Shown one piece after another: positions 17,006 to 25,668 of a DNA stretch of 32,000 nt. Where the stretch lies: assembly GCF_000621645.1 (NCBI RefSeq), contig NZ_JHXR01000010.1, forward strand, positions 146,483 to 178,482. Direction: 5' to 3'. This stretch comes from Vibrio cholerae ATCC 14035 (GTDB lineage: Bacteria; Pseudomonadota; Gammaproteobacteria; Enterobacterales; Vibrionaceae). A program made the position numbers and the translations under genes. The notes below the pieces were generated by a model. The model saw nothing but the letters and a program-made list of their open reading frames with translations, searched no databases and was not told the origin of the DNA. The stretch's first letter is position 1; each line of letters opens with the position of its first letter.

Positions 17006-17764
17006 ATGAATTCACGGCCCGCTGAAAAAATTGATAATAATGATGGCCAAACAGAGACTCCACGCAGTAAAACGGTGTCGACCATCAACAGCACGGATGC
17101 GCTGGCCATGGTTGAACACAGTAGTGAGCTGACTTTAAGCATTACGACCCCTGTCGGAACAAAATTCGTCTGCCGCACTCCGTTTATTGGTACTCATACG
17201 GATAAGTTTTTACTGGTGGAAATGCCCAAAATATCGGCTGATGATCTGCAATATTTCTTCCAAGAAGGGTTTTGGATGAATATTCGCGCGATTTCACCAC
17301 GCGGTGAAGGAGCGCTGATCCATTTCCGCAGCCAACTGATGCACATCTTACAAGAGCCGGTTCCCATGGCTTTTCTCTCCATTCCCAATACCATGCAAGT
17401 CTCTCAATTACGTAAAGAGCCGAGATTTGAGCTAAATTTAGCCGGCAAAGTACTGTTTGATGAGCATCGTGGGGATTGTGAACTGCGCGATTTATCACGC
17501 AGTGGTTGCCGTTTCATCACGCCGCCTTTAGGCAAAACGTACCAAGTCGGGGATTTGGTCGCGTTAGAGATTTTTTCAGACTTGAGGGGCACAAAAACCT
17601 TCCCGCCTTTGACCGGAAAAATCTGTAACTTACAGCGCTCACTGCACCATGCTCGTTATGGTTTAGAGTTCAATGAAGAGGGGCGAAATAACGCCAAAAA
17701 CTTGCTCGCACAGCTTAAGTTTAACGGCACCAAACTGACTCTTAATGCCGAGAAAAAGGCGTAA
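17006..17764 (+). CDS. plzD: YcgR-N + PilZ domain c-di-GMP receptor
   Basis: PilZ motifs RKEPRFEL (RxxxR) and DLSRSGCRF (D/NxSxxG), preceded by a YcgR-N-like domain. Length and context match my recollection of V. cholerae PlzD (VCA0042). Confidence 0.8.
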   Translation: MNSRPAEKIDNNDGQTETPRSKTVSTINSTDALAMVEHSSELTLSITTPVGTKFVCRTPFIGTHTDKFLLVEMPKISADDLQYFFQEGFWMNIRAISPRGEGALIHFRSQLMHILQEPVPMAFLSIPNTMQVSQLRKEPRFELNLAGKVLFDEHRGDCELRDLSRSGCRFITPPLGKTYQVGDLVALEIFSDLRGTKTFPPLTGKICNLQRSLHHARYGLEFNEEGRNNAKNLLAQLKFNGTKLTLNAEKKA

Positions 17765-17781
17765 CAAATTGGGATTAAAAA

Positions 17782-17810
17782 CCCCGAGCCACGATCATCG
17801 CGGCTCGGGG
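17782..17810. terminator. Bidirectional stem-loop terminator between plzD and gltS
   Basis: CCCCGAGCC-N11-GGCTCGGGG. On the minus strand it is followed by TTTTTAAT (good for gltS). On the plus strand it is followed by TCTTGTG (weaker). Confidence 0.8.
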
Positions 17811-17842
17811 TCTTGTGCGTGAAGTGGAGGGCTAGCTCGGTA

Positions 17843-19069
17843 TTATCCCAAAAATGAAATGTACCCCTGCAAGATGATTAGGTTAACGATGTCGATAAAG
17901 AAAGCACCGACGATCGGCACCACCATAAACGCTTGTGGTGAAGGGCCAAAGCGTTTTACGACCGATCCCATATTCATCACCGCGGTAGGCGTTGCCCCCA
18001 AACCAAAACCACAATGCCCAGCCGAAATCACCGCTGCATCATAATTAGCCCCCATCACTTTGAAGGTGACGAAGTAGCAAAAGACGCCCAGCACGACCGA
18101 TTGAATAGCGAGGATCACCAAAAACGGTAGTGCTAAATCGAAGATATTCCACAATTTCAGGCTCATCAGAGCCATAGCGAGAAACAGCGACAAAGAAACC
18201 GTGCCTAAAATATCCACCGTCTCCGCATCCACCTTACGCAGCTTAGTGACTTCGAGCAGATTGGTGATAAAGACACCAATAAACAGGGCGTAAACGAAAT
18301 CGGGGATCATCAACCAACGAATTTCAAAGGTTTTAACCCAAGCTTCTAGGTATTTTGCTCCGGTAACGCATATGAGCAAGATAAACAAGATTTCAATCAC
18401 CTTTTTGGCGGTGACTTTATCTTCTTCATATTCGTTATAAGTGACCAGTTCAGGAAAACGAGAGTGGGTTTGTGTGCCGCGCCCATACTCAGATTCAATA
18501 CCATGTTTATCAACCAGTTTCTGCGCGACTGGACTACCGATAATCCCACCGATGATCAAACCAAAAGTGGCAGATGCCATCGCGATTTCTAACGTATTGG
18601 CAAGGCCATAATTTTCGGCAAACGTGTTTGCCCAAGCCGCTCCCGTGCCATGGCCTCCAGAGAGTGTGATGGAGCCTGCGATCAAGCCCAGTAAAGGATC
18701 TAAGCCTAAACCTGCTGCAAGCGAAACGCCCACACCGTTTTGAATAATGATGAACACCGAAGCCACGGCTAAAAACAGAAACACCTTCGCGCCACCCTTA
18801 ATCAGTTGGGTGTAGTTGGCCGCAAGGCCCACCGTACTAAAGAACATCAACATGAAGACATTTTGCAGCGGCAGTGAAAATTCCATATCAATACCGTGAA
18901 AGTGCAACGCAGTAATCACACAGGCGACGATAAGCCCACCCACAATCGGCTCTGGAATGTTGAACTTGGTTAAAATGGGCAGTTTGGCATTAATAAAGTG
19001 ACCTAAAAACAGGACACTGATAGCAATAAGAAAAGACTCTAATGCTCCAATTGAAATGATCTGATTCAT
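17843..19069 (-). CDS. gltS: Sodium/glutamate symporter GltS
   Basis: 408-aa polytopic protein. FNIPEPIVGGLIVA and the duplicated re-entrant-loop architecture are typical of GltS (ESS family). Confidence 0.9.
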   Translation of the reverse strand: MNQIISIGALESFLIAISVLFLGHFINAKLPILTKFNIPEPIVGGLIVACVITALHFHGIDMEFSLPLQNVFMLMFFSTVGLAANYTQLIKGGAKVFLFLAVASVFIIIQNGVGVSLAAGLGLDPLLGLIAGSITLSGGHGTGAAWANTFAENYGLANTLEIAMASATFGLIIGGIIGSPVAQKLVDKHGIESEYGRGTQTHSRFPELVTYNEYEEDKVTAKKVIEILFILLICVTGAKYLEAWVKTFEIRWLMIPDFVYALFIGVFITNLLEVTKLRKVDAETVDILGTVSLSLFLAMALMSLKLWNIFDLALPFLVILAIQSVVLGVFCYFVTFKVMGANYDAAVISAGHCGFGLGATPTAVMNMGSVVKRFGPSPQAFMVVPIVGAFFIDIVNLIILQGYISFLG

Positions 19070-19281
19070 AGTACCTCTTTATTATTCAGGCTCATCTCTC
19101 CTTGATAAGCGGGTGTCTTGACCCGTTAGGTGACACCAGAACACAACATCAGCGATAGTTATCCTCTAATAAACGGCCACAAGGCCACATAAAGCAATGA
19201 TATTGCACGGACAAATTTCCATTTAATGCTAATTATCAACAAAAAAGCAGTGAAAATAGCGGGCGATCATACCCAAAAGAC

Positions 19282-19316
19282 AAAAAAATAGCCAATCGCA
19301 AGAACCGCGATTGGCT
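19282..19316 (-). terminator. Orphan rho-independent terminator about 210 nt upstream of the gltS start codon
   Basis: Minus strand: AGCCAATCGC-GGTTCTT-GCGATTGGCT followed by A TTTTTTT. The stem is a perfect 10 bp. No ORF ends nearby. Confidence 0.75.
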
Positions 19317-19448
19317 TATATATGATGTGAACAATACTATTCACTAACAACGTCAGTTGGCTAGGTGACCCTCGGCTTAACAAGGGTCACCTAAACTAAT
19401 GCACGAAGCGTGCCAACTAATTAACCCCTGATTTTTGTGATACTTTGT
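19282..19448 (-). ncRNA. Candidate sRNA or terminated leader of about 165 nt (promoter-to-terminator unit)
   Basis: Minus strand: TTGCAA (19483-19478), a 17-nt spacer, GAGAAT (19460-19455), with a predicted start near A at 19448. Internal perfect 10-bp hairpin AGGTGACCCT-N10-AGGGTCACCT (19363-19392), nested in GCCAACT/AGTTGGC pairing. It ends at the terminator above. No ORF of 60 aa or more. Confidence 0.35.
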
Positions 19449-19608
19449 CAGAAAATTCTCACTCATCTCATCATTTGTTGCAATTTGCAACAAAACGCAA
19501 TATGAATATGAACCTTATTGTTGAGCATGCGGGAGACACATCGCGTCTGGCTGCAAGTTAACAAAGAACAGGTATAATGACGGCCTTATTCAATTGGCAG
19601 GAAAAACA

Positions 19609-20520
19609 ATGAACTACTTGAGCACCTATTTAAAAGGTCTGGCTATGGGCGCCGCTGATGTGGTACCGGGTGTATCGGGCGGCACCATCGCCTTTATTAC
19701 TGGCATTTACGATACTCTGCTTGAAAGCATTCGCCGCATCAATCCTAGCTTACTCAAGGTATGGAAAGCGCAAGGCTTGGCAGGAGTATTTCGTCACATC
19801 AACGGCCTTTTTTTGATCACGCTATTCGGTGGCATTTTTACCAGCATCGCAACCTTAGCCAAACTTATCTCTTGGCTATTAGTCACGCATCCTATTCCTA
19901 TTTGGTCATTCTTCTTCGGCCTGATTTTGGTGTCGGTATGGCATATGCTGCGCCAAATCGAACAAAAAAAGCTTTCTCGTCTCCTGTGGCTGATTGCCGG
20001 AGCCATTTTCGCCTACGGCATTACCGTGCTTAAACCACTACACCTTGAGCCCACTTACATCAATGTGCTGATTTCTGGTGCGATTGCGATTTGTGCCATG
20101 ATCCTGCCTGGCATTTCCGGCAGCTTCATCTTACTGCTGATCGGTATGTATGCGCCTGTTTTGGGCGCAGTGAAAACCTTCCAACTGGACATTCTGCTGA
20201 TTTTCTTAACCGGATGTGTGATTGGATTGCTCAGTTTTTCGCATATTCTGTCATGGCTTTTACGCCGTTACCGCGATGTGACTCTGACCTTCCTAACCGG
20301 ATTGATGCTCGGCACTCTGCCTAAAATTTGGCCATGGAAAGAAACGCTCTCTTGGCGGGTCAATTCCAGCGGAGAGCAAGTACCACTGCTGCAACGCAAC
20401 CTATCACCGTTTGAATTTGAAACGCTTACGTCACAGCCATCTCAGTGGTTGTTAGCGCTGGTGCTCATGCTAGCCGCGGTCGCTTTAGTTCTCGGTTTAG
20501 AAAAATACGCCGAAAAGTAG
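19609..20520 (+). CDS. popT: DUF368-family polytopic membrane protein (family recently assigned as undecaprenyl-phosphate translocase)
   Basis: MNYLSTYLKGLAMGAADVVPGVSGGTIAFITGIY and a second PGISGSFILLLIG repeat are DUF368 hallmarks. AGGAAA lies 6 nt upstream of the ATG at 19609; the track starts at an upstream TTG. The symbol follows the published DUF368 work as I recall it. Confidence 0.8.
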   Translation: MNYLSTYLKGLAMGAADVVPGVSGGTIAFITGIYDTLLESIRRINPSLLKVWKAQGLAGVFRHINGLFLITLFGGIFTSIATLAKLISWLLVTHPIPIWSFFFGLILVSVWHMLRQIEQKKLSRLLWLIAGAIFAYGITVLKPLHLEPTYINVLISGAIAICAMILPGISGSFILLLIGMYAPVLGAVKTFQLDILLIFLTGCVIGLLSFSHILSWLLRRYRDVTLTFLTGLMLGTLPKIWPWKETLSWRVNSSGEQVPLLQRNLSPFEFETLTSQPSQWLLALVLMLAAVALVLGLEKYAEK

Positions 20521-20540
20521 CCAACCGCTTTGATACTGGC

Positions 20541-20570
20541 TCACCACCGCACAATGCGGTGGTGAAGTTT
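20541..20570 (+). terminator. Probable terminator after the DUF368 gene
   Basis: TCACCACCGC-ACAAT-GCGGTGGTGA followed only by AGTTT, a weak U-tract. Confidence 0.45.
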
Positions 20571-20721
20571 CCTCACGAGTACTGCGGTTTCTGCAAGTAG
20601 AAAGACAATATCGCCTTGATTTTTCTAAGAGCCACGGCACATTTCCTCAGTATTCAATCTCGAAACGGATAGAGAGCATGCTAACATCTTCCCCACTCAC
20701 GCAACTTCGGAATACGATGTG

Positions 20722-21141
20722 ATGAACGCACTGAAAGGGATTGCGATCCTGCTGGCTCTTGGGGCTGGCTTTTTTGCCAGCGACCTTGTTGCTTGGTTCC
20801 AGTCGCCTCAACCTGATCTTAACGATTACTGTCAACTATCACAGCAAAGCTGTGAGCAAGCGGGTGTCACCATGACCCTAGCTCAAGATAAAGCCCACCC
20901 ATTAGTTGCCAATCGGCTCACCGTACACTGGCCCAATACGGATGCACAAAATTTGATCCTCACTTTAGAGGGGCTTGAGATGAATATGGGCAGTGCCAAG
21001 TTTTCTTTATCCTCCAACGGTGATGGCCTATACAGTGCCGACATTATTCTGCCCGTTTGTACTTCGGATGCGATGACTTGGATTGGTGAGCTTAGCGATG
21101 GCAAACAGACGGTTTACCCAGCAATTAGGATGGAACGATGA
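20722..21141 (+). CDS. Hypothetical membrane-anchored periplasmic protein, first gene of the copper-chaperone cluster
   Basis: N-terminal TM GIAILLALGAGFFASDLV. Cys pair CQLSQQSC. The rest is beta-rich (possibly FixH/YtkA-like, which is inference only). Its stop overlaps the SCO1 start (ATGA at 21138). Confidence 0.55.
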   Translation: MNALKGIAILLALGAGFFASDLVAWFQSPQPDLNDYCQLSQQSCEQAGVTMTLAQDKAHPLVANRLTVHWPNTDAQNLILTLEGLEMNMGSAKFSLSSNGDGLYSADIILPVCTSDAMTWIGELSDGKQTVYPAIRMER

Positions 21142-21719
21142 GTAAGAATTGGTCATTGATATTAGTGGTGGCGTTTACCCTAGGATTTAGTATCAAAGCC
21201 TATTTGGATAGCCAACAGAAATTAGCCGCACAGGTGACTACCCCACTGACCTTATCGGGAGACAATCAGCAAGCTGTCGCCATTTTCGATCAAGCCGACC
21301 CACGAATTCGAATTGTCTATTTTGGCTTTACACGTTGTCCAGATGTCTGCCCAACCTCTTTAGCTATGCTCTCCGCAGCCTTAAACCAAGTCGATGATAA
21401 AACGAAAGCGCAGTTACGCCCTATGTTTATCTCCCTTGATCCGGAGCGAGATGATGCCAAACTCGCCGCACAATACGCCCACTACTTTCATCCAATGATC
21501 GAAGGTTTGTCTGGCTCCGTTGCAACCACCAACCAGATTGCGCAAAAGTACGGTGTGATTTTTCGTAAAACCGAATTACCCAATTCGGAGCTGAAATACA
21601 CCTTAGATCACAGCTCTTATTTCTATTTCTTGCAGCCGGATGGCACCTTGATCAATAAAGTGCCGCATACCCAAGACCCCACACCCATCGTGGATGCCAT
21701 AAAGAAAGTCATTCAATAA
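21138..21719 (+). CDS. SCO1/SenC-family copper chaperone (thioredoxin fold)
   Basis: VYFGFTRCPDVCP (CxxxC) and the downstream conserved His in YTLDHSSYFYF. N-terminal membrane anchor. Confidence 0.85.
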   Translation: MSKNWSLILVVAFTLGFSIKAYLDSQQKLAAQVTTPLTLSGDNQQAVAIFDQADPRIRIVYFGFTRCPDVCPTSLAMLSAALNQVDDKTKAQLRPMFISLDPERDDAKLAAQYAHYFHPMIEGLSGSVATTNQIAQKYGVIFRKTELPNSELKYTLDHSSYFYFLQPDGTLINKVPHTQDPTPIVDAIKKVIQ

Positions 21720-21732
21720 AAAGGATAATTTA

Positions 21733-22185
21733 ATGAAACTGAATACCTTGCTTCTTTCTAGCCTACTGCTTAGCACATCAGCTTTAGCTCAATCAGACAT
21801 CATGGTTCACCAAGCTTATGCGCGCGCGACTCCTCCTGCCGCAGTCAATAGCGCCTTTTTTGGTGAAGTCATGAACCACAGTGATGTGGAGCGCTACATT
21901 GTTTCCGCCAGCAGCGAAGTGGCTGCCAAAGTGGAGCTGCATGACGTCATTAAAGAAGGCGATGTGATGAAAATGCGCCAAGTTCCTGAGTTTGTGATCC
22001 CCGCTCAAGGGACTTTAGTGCTCAAACCGGGCAGTTTTCACATCATGTTGCTTGAATTGAAAAAGCCACTGCAAGAGGGTGAGAACATCGAAGTAGAAAT
22101 CACGTTTAAAAACGGTGAGAAGCAAATGATTACGGCACCGGTGAAAAAAGTGATGTCCGGTATGGCTGAACACAGCTCACACTAA
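21733..22185 (+). CDS. PCuAC (DUF461) periplasmic Cu(I) chaperone
   Basis: Signal peptide, then the exact H-X10-M-X21-H-X-M motif: ELH DVIKEGDVMK M RQVPEFVIPAQGTLVLKPGSF H I M. Confidence 0.8.
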   Translation: MKLNTLLLSSLLLSTSALAQSDIMVHQAYARATPPAAVNSAFFGEVMNHSDVERYIVSASSEVAAKVELHDVIKEGDVMKMRQVPEFVIPAQGTLVLKPGSFHIMLLELKKPLQEGENIEVEITFKNGEKQMITAPVKKVMSGMAEHSSH

Positions 22186-22282
22186 GCCTCTTGGACGCCT
22201 ATCTCGCTCAACAACAAACCTTAGACCTGATTGCAGTCCAAAGTTTTGTCGCTTCAAGTAGGAAGTGAATATCTCAAAAATT

Positions 22283-22308
22283 AAGGGTGATGGATTCACC
22301 CTTTTTGT
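22283..22308 (+). terminator. Rho-independent terminator after the copper-chaperone cluster
   Basis: AAGGGTGA-TGGAT-TCACCCTT followed by TTTTGTT. It is flanked by short ERIC-end-like fragments (GCTTCAAGTAGGAAGTGAATATC at about 22250-22273; TTATACCCAGACGAC at about 22317-22331). Confidence 0.75.
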
Positions 22309-22525
22309 TGCCCTTGTTATACCCAGACGACAAAAACGATAAGGAATCTCTGCATTATCAACGTTAAGCAACAAATTACTTACTTCCTCTCAAAATACAC
22401 AACTTATCACGGCAAATATCAATTATCGGTAGACACATTATCTTGTGCGGTTAATATTGGAGCCCTTCAGGATTAATGACTGAAGCTACAATAATTCAAA
22501 TTTTTTATGATTCGCAGGGATAACT

Positions 22526-23743
22526 ATGCAGAACAACTCGTTTCTAGCCCGTTTGGTGCGTGGAAATCTGGTCTTACAAATTTTAGCCGGCATCCTATTA
22601 GGTGCAGCGATGGCTACTTTTTCACCAGAATACGCTCAAAAAGTGGGATTAATTGGTAATTTATTCGTAGGCGCACTGAAAGCCGTTGCTCCAGTGCTGG
22701 TGTTTATTTTGGTGGCATCTTCAATCGCCAACCAGAAGAAAAACCAACACACCTACATGCGTCCAATCGTTGTGTTGTACCTATTTGGCACCTTTTCAGC
22801 AGCACTGACCGCAGTTATTTTAAGTTTCCTATTTCCGACCACGCTCGTACTTGCAACCGGCGCTGAAGGCGCAACACCGCCACAAGGCATTGCCGAAGTA
22901 CTCAACACCTTGTTGTTCAAGCTGGTCGATAACCCAGTCAGCGCTTTGATGAATGCGAACTACATCGGCATTTTAGCTTGGGGCGTGGGTTTAGGTTTGG
23001 CACTGCACCATTCTTCATCGACCACCAAAGCGGTATTTGAAGACCTTAGCCACGGCATCTCCCAAATCGTGCGTTTTATCATTCGTCTCGCACCCTTCGG
23101 TATTTTTGGCTTAGTGGCTTCAACGTTTGCCACCACAGGCTTTGATGCACTTGCTGGTTATGCGCAGTTGCTGGCGGTTCTACTTGGCGCAATGGCCTTT
23201 ATCGCTCTGGTCGTCAACCCAATGATTGTCTACTACAAAATTCGCCGTAACCCTTTCCCTCTGGTTTTACAATGCCTACGTGAAAGTGGGGTTACTGCAT
23301 TTTTCACGCGTTCAAGTGCTGCCAATATTCCGGTCAACATGGCACTGTGTGAAAAACTCAAACTCGATGAAGATACTTACTCAGTCTCTATCCCACTGGG
23401 AGCGACTATCAACATGGCAGGCGCAGCAATTACTATCACAGTACTGACTCTTGCTGCGGTACACACCATGGGTATTGAAGTGGATCTGATGACAGCACTA
23501 CTTCTCAGTGTGGTTGCAGCGGTCTCGGCTTGTGGTGCTTCTGGAGTAGCGGGCGGTTCATTGCTCCTTATTCCACTCGCGTGTGGTTTGTTTGGGATTT
23601 CCAATGACATCGCGATGCAGGTTGTTGCGGTAGGTTTCATTATCGGCGTGATTCAAGACTCAGCCGAAACAGCCCTGAACAGCTCGACCGACGTACTCTT
23701 CACGGCAGCCGTATGCCAAGCAGAGCATGAAAAGCGCGCTTAA
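22526..23743 (+). CDS. sstT: Serine/threonine:sodium symporter SstT (DAACS family)
   Basis: [26 protein letters not shown] and [13 protein letters not shown] / [15 protein letters not shown] are typical of SstT/DAACS. Confidence 0.9.
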   Translation: MQNNSFLARLVRGNLVLQILAGILLGAAMATFSPEYAQKVGLIGNLFVGALKAVAPVLVFILVASSIANQKKNQHTYMRPIVVLYLFGTFSAALTAVILSFLFPTTLVLATGAEGATPPQGIAEVLNTLLFKLVDNPVSALMNANYIGILAWGVGLGLALHHSSSTTKAVFEDLSHGISQIVRFIIRLAPFGIFGLVASTFATTGFDALAGYAQLLAVLLGAMAFIALVVNPMIVYYKIRRNPFPLVLQCLRESGVTAFFTRSSAANIPVNMALCEKLKLDEDTYSVSIPLGATINMAGAAITITVLTLAAVHTMGIEVDLMTALLLSVVAAVSACGASGVAGGSLLLIPLACGLFGISNDIAMQVVAVGFIIGVIQDSAETALNSSTDVLFTAAVCQAEHEKRA

Positions 23744-23773
23744 ACTTTCCGCTTAATGATTGTGAAAACCAAA

Positions 23774-23798
23774 AATGGGCATCAAATGCCCATTTTTT
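23774..23798. terminator. Bidirectional terminator between sstT and the PAP2 gene
   Basis: AATGGGCAT-CAA-ATGCCCATT with a T-tract on both strands (TTTTTTAT plus; TTTGGTTTT minus). The PAP2 stop codon lies in the T-tract. Confidence 0.8.
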
Positions 23799-24549
23799 AT
23801 ACCAGATGCCAACGTCGTAACCACGGCTTAAAACGTGGGTGTTGCAATGGATATTGCTGCGGAACCAATAAGTACAATACGCCGACCAGCAAAGCCGCAC
23901 CAAGCAGATCCACCGGATGGTGCATACCAAGCCACAATCGACTATACGCCACTCCGCTCACCCAAATCAGCAGCGCACCGAGACTGAGATAGTGCTTTTT
24001 TTCCGCTAATAAGCTACCAAAATAGAGCAAACAGACCATGGCAAACACCGTGTGCCCAGATGGGAAAGAAAAATCCGTTTCCCCTTGCCAGTGCATCACC
24101 CGCCAAGGGCTCACTTTCTCTTCCATCGCCAACATTAAGGCTTCTTGCTTGGGTTGCGCTAACTTATAGAAATGGCCAGCATTAGGCAGCAGTAAGGATT
24201 GGGTCATCAGTTCAGTGTATGGCCTCGGCTCTTGAGTAACCGCTTTCATCCCCATTTTTAGCACCATGGCCAAGCCAAGTAACAGCATTAATTGAATGGA
24301 TTTATTCAGCCATTGATGACGAGGAATGTGGCAACGCCACCCAACCCAGCACACCAAAAAAAACAATGTGAATAGAAAGCCCTCTTTGCCTGCAGAATGC
24401 GTTAAGTACGTCATGACACGGCCAACTGAATCACTTACAGGTTGCGTAAAATCCAGCTGCAGCGACAACAGGGTTAAAGGAATTAATAGAAGGACAAACG
24501 TCAGCAGTAAAATCAAGGCACGTTTGCAGCTCATGATGCGTGCTTTCAT
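23797..24549 (-). CDS. PAP2-family lipid phosphatase (PgpB / undecaprenyl-diphosphatase-like)
   Basis: All three PAP2 motifs are present: KAVTQEPRP (KX6RP), PSGHT, SRLWLGMHHPVD (SRX5HX3D). It is polytopic. I place the start at MKARIMSCK (GGAG 7 nt upstream) rather than the longer track ORF ending at 24621. Confidence 0.8.
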   Translation of the reverse strand: MKARIMSCKRALILLLTFVLLLIPLTLLSLQLDFTQPVSDSVGRVMTYLTHSAGKEGFLFTLFFLVCWVGWRCHIPRHQWLNKSIQLMLLLGLAMVLKMGMKAVTQEPRPYTELMTQSLLLPNAGHFYKLAQPKQEALMLAMEEKVSPWRVMHWQGETDFSFPSGHTVFAMVCLLYFGSLLAEKKHYLSLGALLIWVSGVAYSRLWLGMHHPVDLLGAALLVGVLYLLVPQQYPLQHPRFKPWLRRWHLV

Positions 24550-24778
24550 AACCATACTCCACCCGAACACAGTATGCGCATTGTAGAAAACCTCTGTCCG
24601 GTAATGCCAATATCGTGTCAATTTGCTGGAAAAAAACGTTCATTTTCCCCTTCGGTTTGCCACTAAATTTATTAACCCCTATATAACAATAATGTAACTA
24701 AATTTTTCATGCCTAGGTTGGATAGTAGAAAAAGCTTTGCCTATAGTTTGGATTAGTCACCAGATAAGGAGAATGAAC

Positions 24779-25609
24779 ATGGTGAAAAACACAATGCTCA
24801 ACCGTTTAAATGAGCTACCAAGACTGTCTAAAGTTCTGCAAGAATTGCTGGATATGGCCAATCAGCCTGATGTGGATTTTCATCAGCTCAGCAAAAAAAT
24901 CACGCTGGATCAAATCCTGACGGCGCGTTTGCTCCGCATGGCTAATTCTGCTTATTTTGGTGGTAACGGACATATCGCTACCGTAAACGATGCCATCATC
25001 CGAGTCGGCATTGAGTCGGTTCGTACTCTTGTTGTTGCTTCCGTCCTCTCCAGTACTTTTCCAAAAATTGAGACTCTCGATCTGAATGATTACTGGACCA
25101 ATACCTTTGAAACAGCGTTAATTGCCAGCAAGATTGCCGAACAAGTCGGTTTGGATAAGTCAGAAACGTTTACCACAGGCGTGCTGCATAACATTGGCGA
25201 ACTCATGATTCATACTTTGATGCCCACCGAGGCCTCACTGATCCAACAGAAAATCGCCCAAGGCATGGATCCGCTCAGCGCTCAAGAAGAGGTCTTAGGT
25301 ATTTCAGCGCCTCGCATTGGTGCGATGTTGGCAAAAGAGTGGAAATTCCCTTCGGAAATGGTTGATGCCATTAAACATTTTGATGAACCCCGTGAAGCCG
25401 AAATCTCCCCCAAACTGGCGGTGGCGATTCACTTTGCCCGCGATATTAACTTCAGTTGGGACAAGCTCACGGAAAGCAAAGAGAAATCGATCTACCTTGC
25501 TGACCATCCTGACTCGCGTTTACTCAGCATTTCTGCTGCCTTCCAATCCACCATTGATCGGGTACGCGGCAATGGAAAGGAGTTAGCCACACAGATGATG
25601 GCGGCCTAA
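24779..25609 (+). CDS. HDOD-domain signalling protein
   Basis: LPRLSKVLQELLDMANQPDVDFHQLSKKITLDQILTARLLRMANSAYFG...VNDAIIRVGIESVRTLV...GVLHNIGEL is the standard HDOD pattern. The start is either ATG at 24779 or ATG at 24773, just after AAGGAGA. Confidence 0.8.
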   Translation: MVKNTMLNRLNELPRLSKVLQELLDMANQPDVDFHQLSKKITLDQILTARLLRMANSAYFGGNGHIATVNDAIIRVGIESVRTLVVASVLSSTFPKIETLDLNDYWTNTFETALIASKIAEQVGLDKSETFTTGVLHNIGELMIHTLMPTEASLIQQKIAQGMDPLSAQEEVLGISAPRIGAMLAKEWKFPSEMVDAIKHFDEPREAEISPKLAVAIHFARDINFSWDKLTESKEKSIYLADHPDSRLLSISAAFQSTIDRVRGNGKELATQMMAA

Positions 25610-25614
25610 AAAAA

Positions 25615-25647
25615 CATCCCAAGAAGAGGCTGGTTCTTCTTGGGATG
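25615..25647 (-). terminator. Rho-independent terminator of phoX
   Basis: CATCCCAAGAAGA-N7-TCTTCTTGGGATG. On the minus strand it is followed by TTTTTTT. Confidence 0.75.
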
Positions 25648-25668
25648 AAAAGGGCAATTGATAACGCT

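Noticed and set aside
22250-22335. Additional ERIC copy after the PCuAC gene
   Set aside because: Only short end-like fragments are present, in the wrong relative order around the terminator hairpin. This is not enough to call an element.
24550-24621. Longer start for the PAP2 gene (MTRYWHYRTEV...)
   Set aside because: An internal ATG with GGAG at 7-nt spacing gives a normal N-terminus (MKARIMSCKRALILLL, positive charge then TM). The extension lacks an RBS.
8176-25609. A c-di-GMP 'island' (GGDEF pair, PlzD, HDOD protein, plus an MCP further on)
   Set aside because: The genes are separated by unrelated transporters, a protease and copper chaperones, and have their own terminators and orientations. 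V. cholerae-type genomes carry dozens of such genes, so this density is not clearly above chance.
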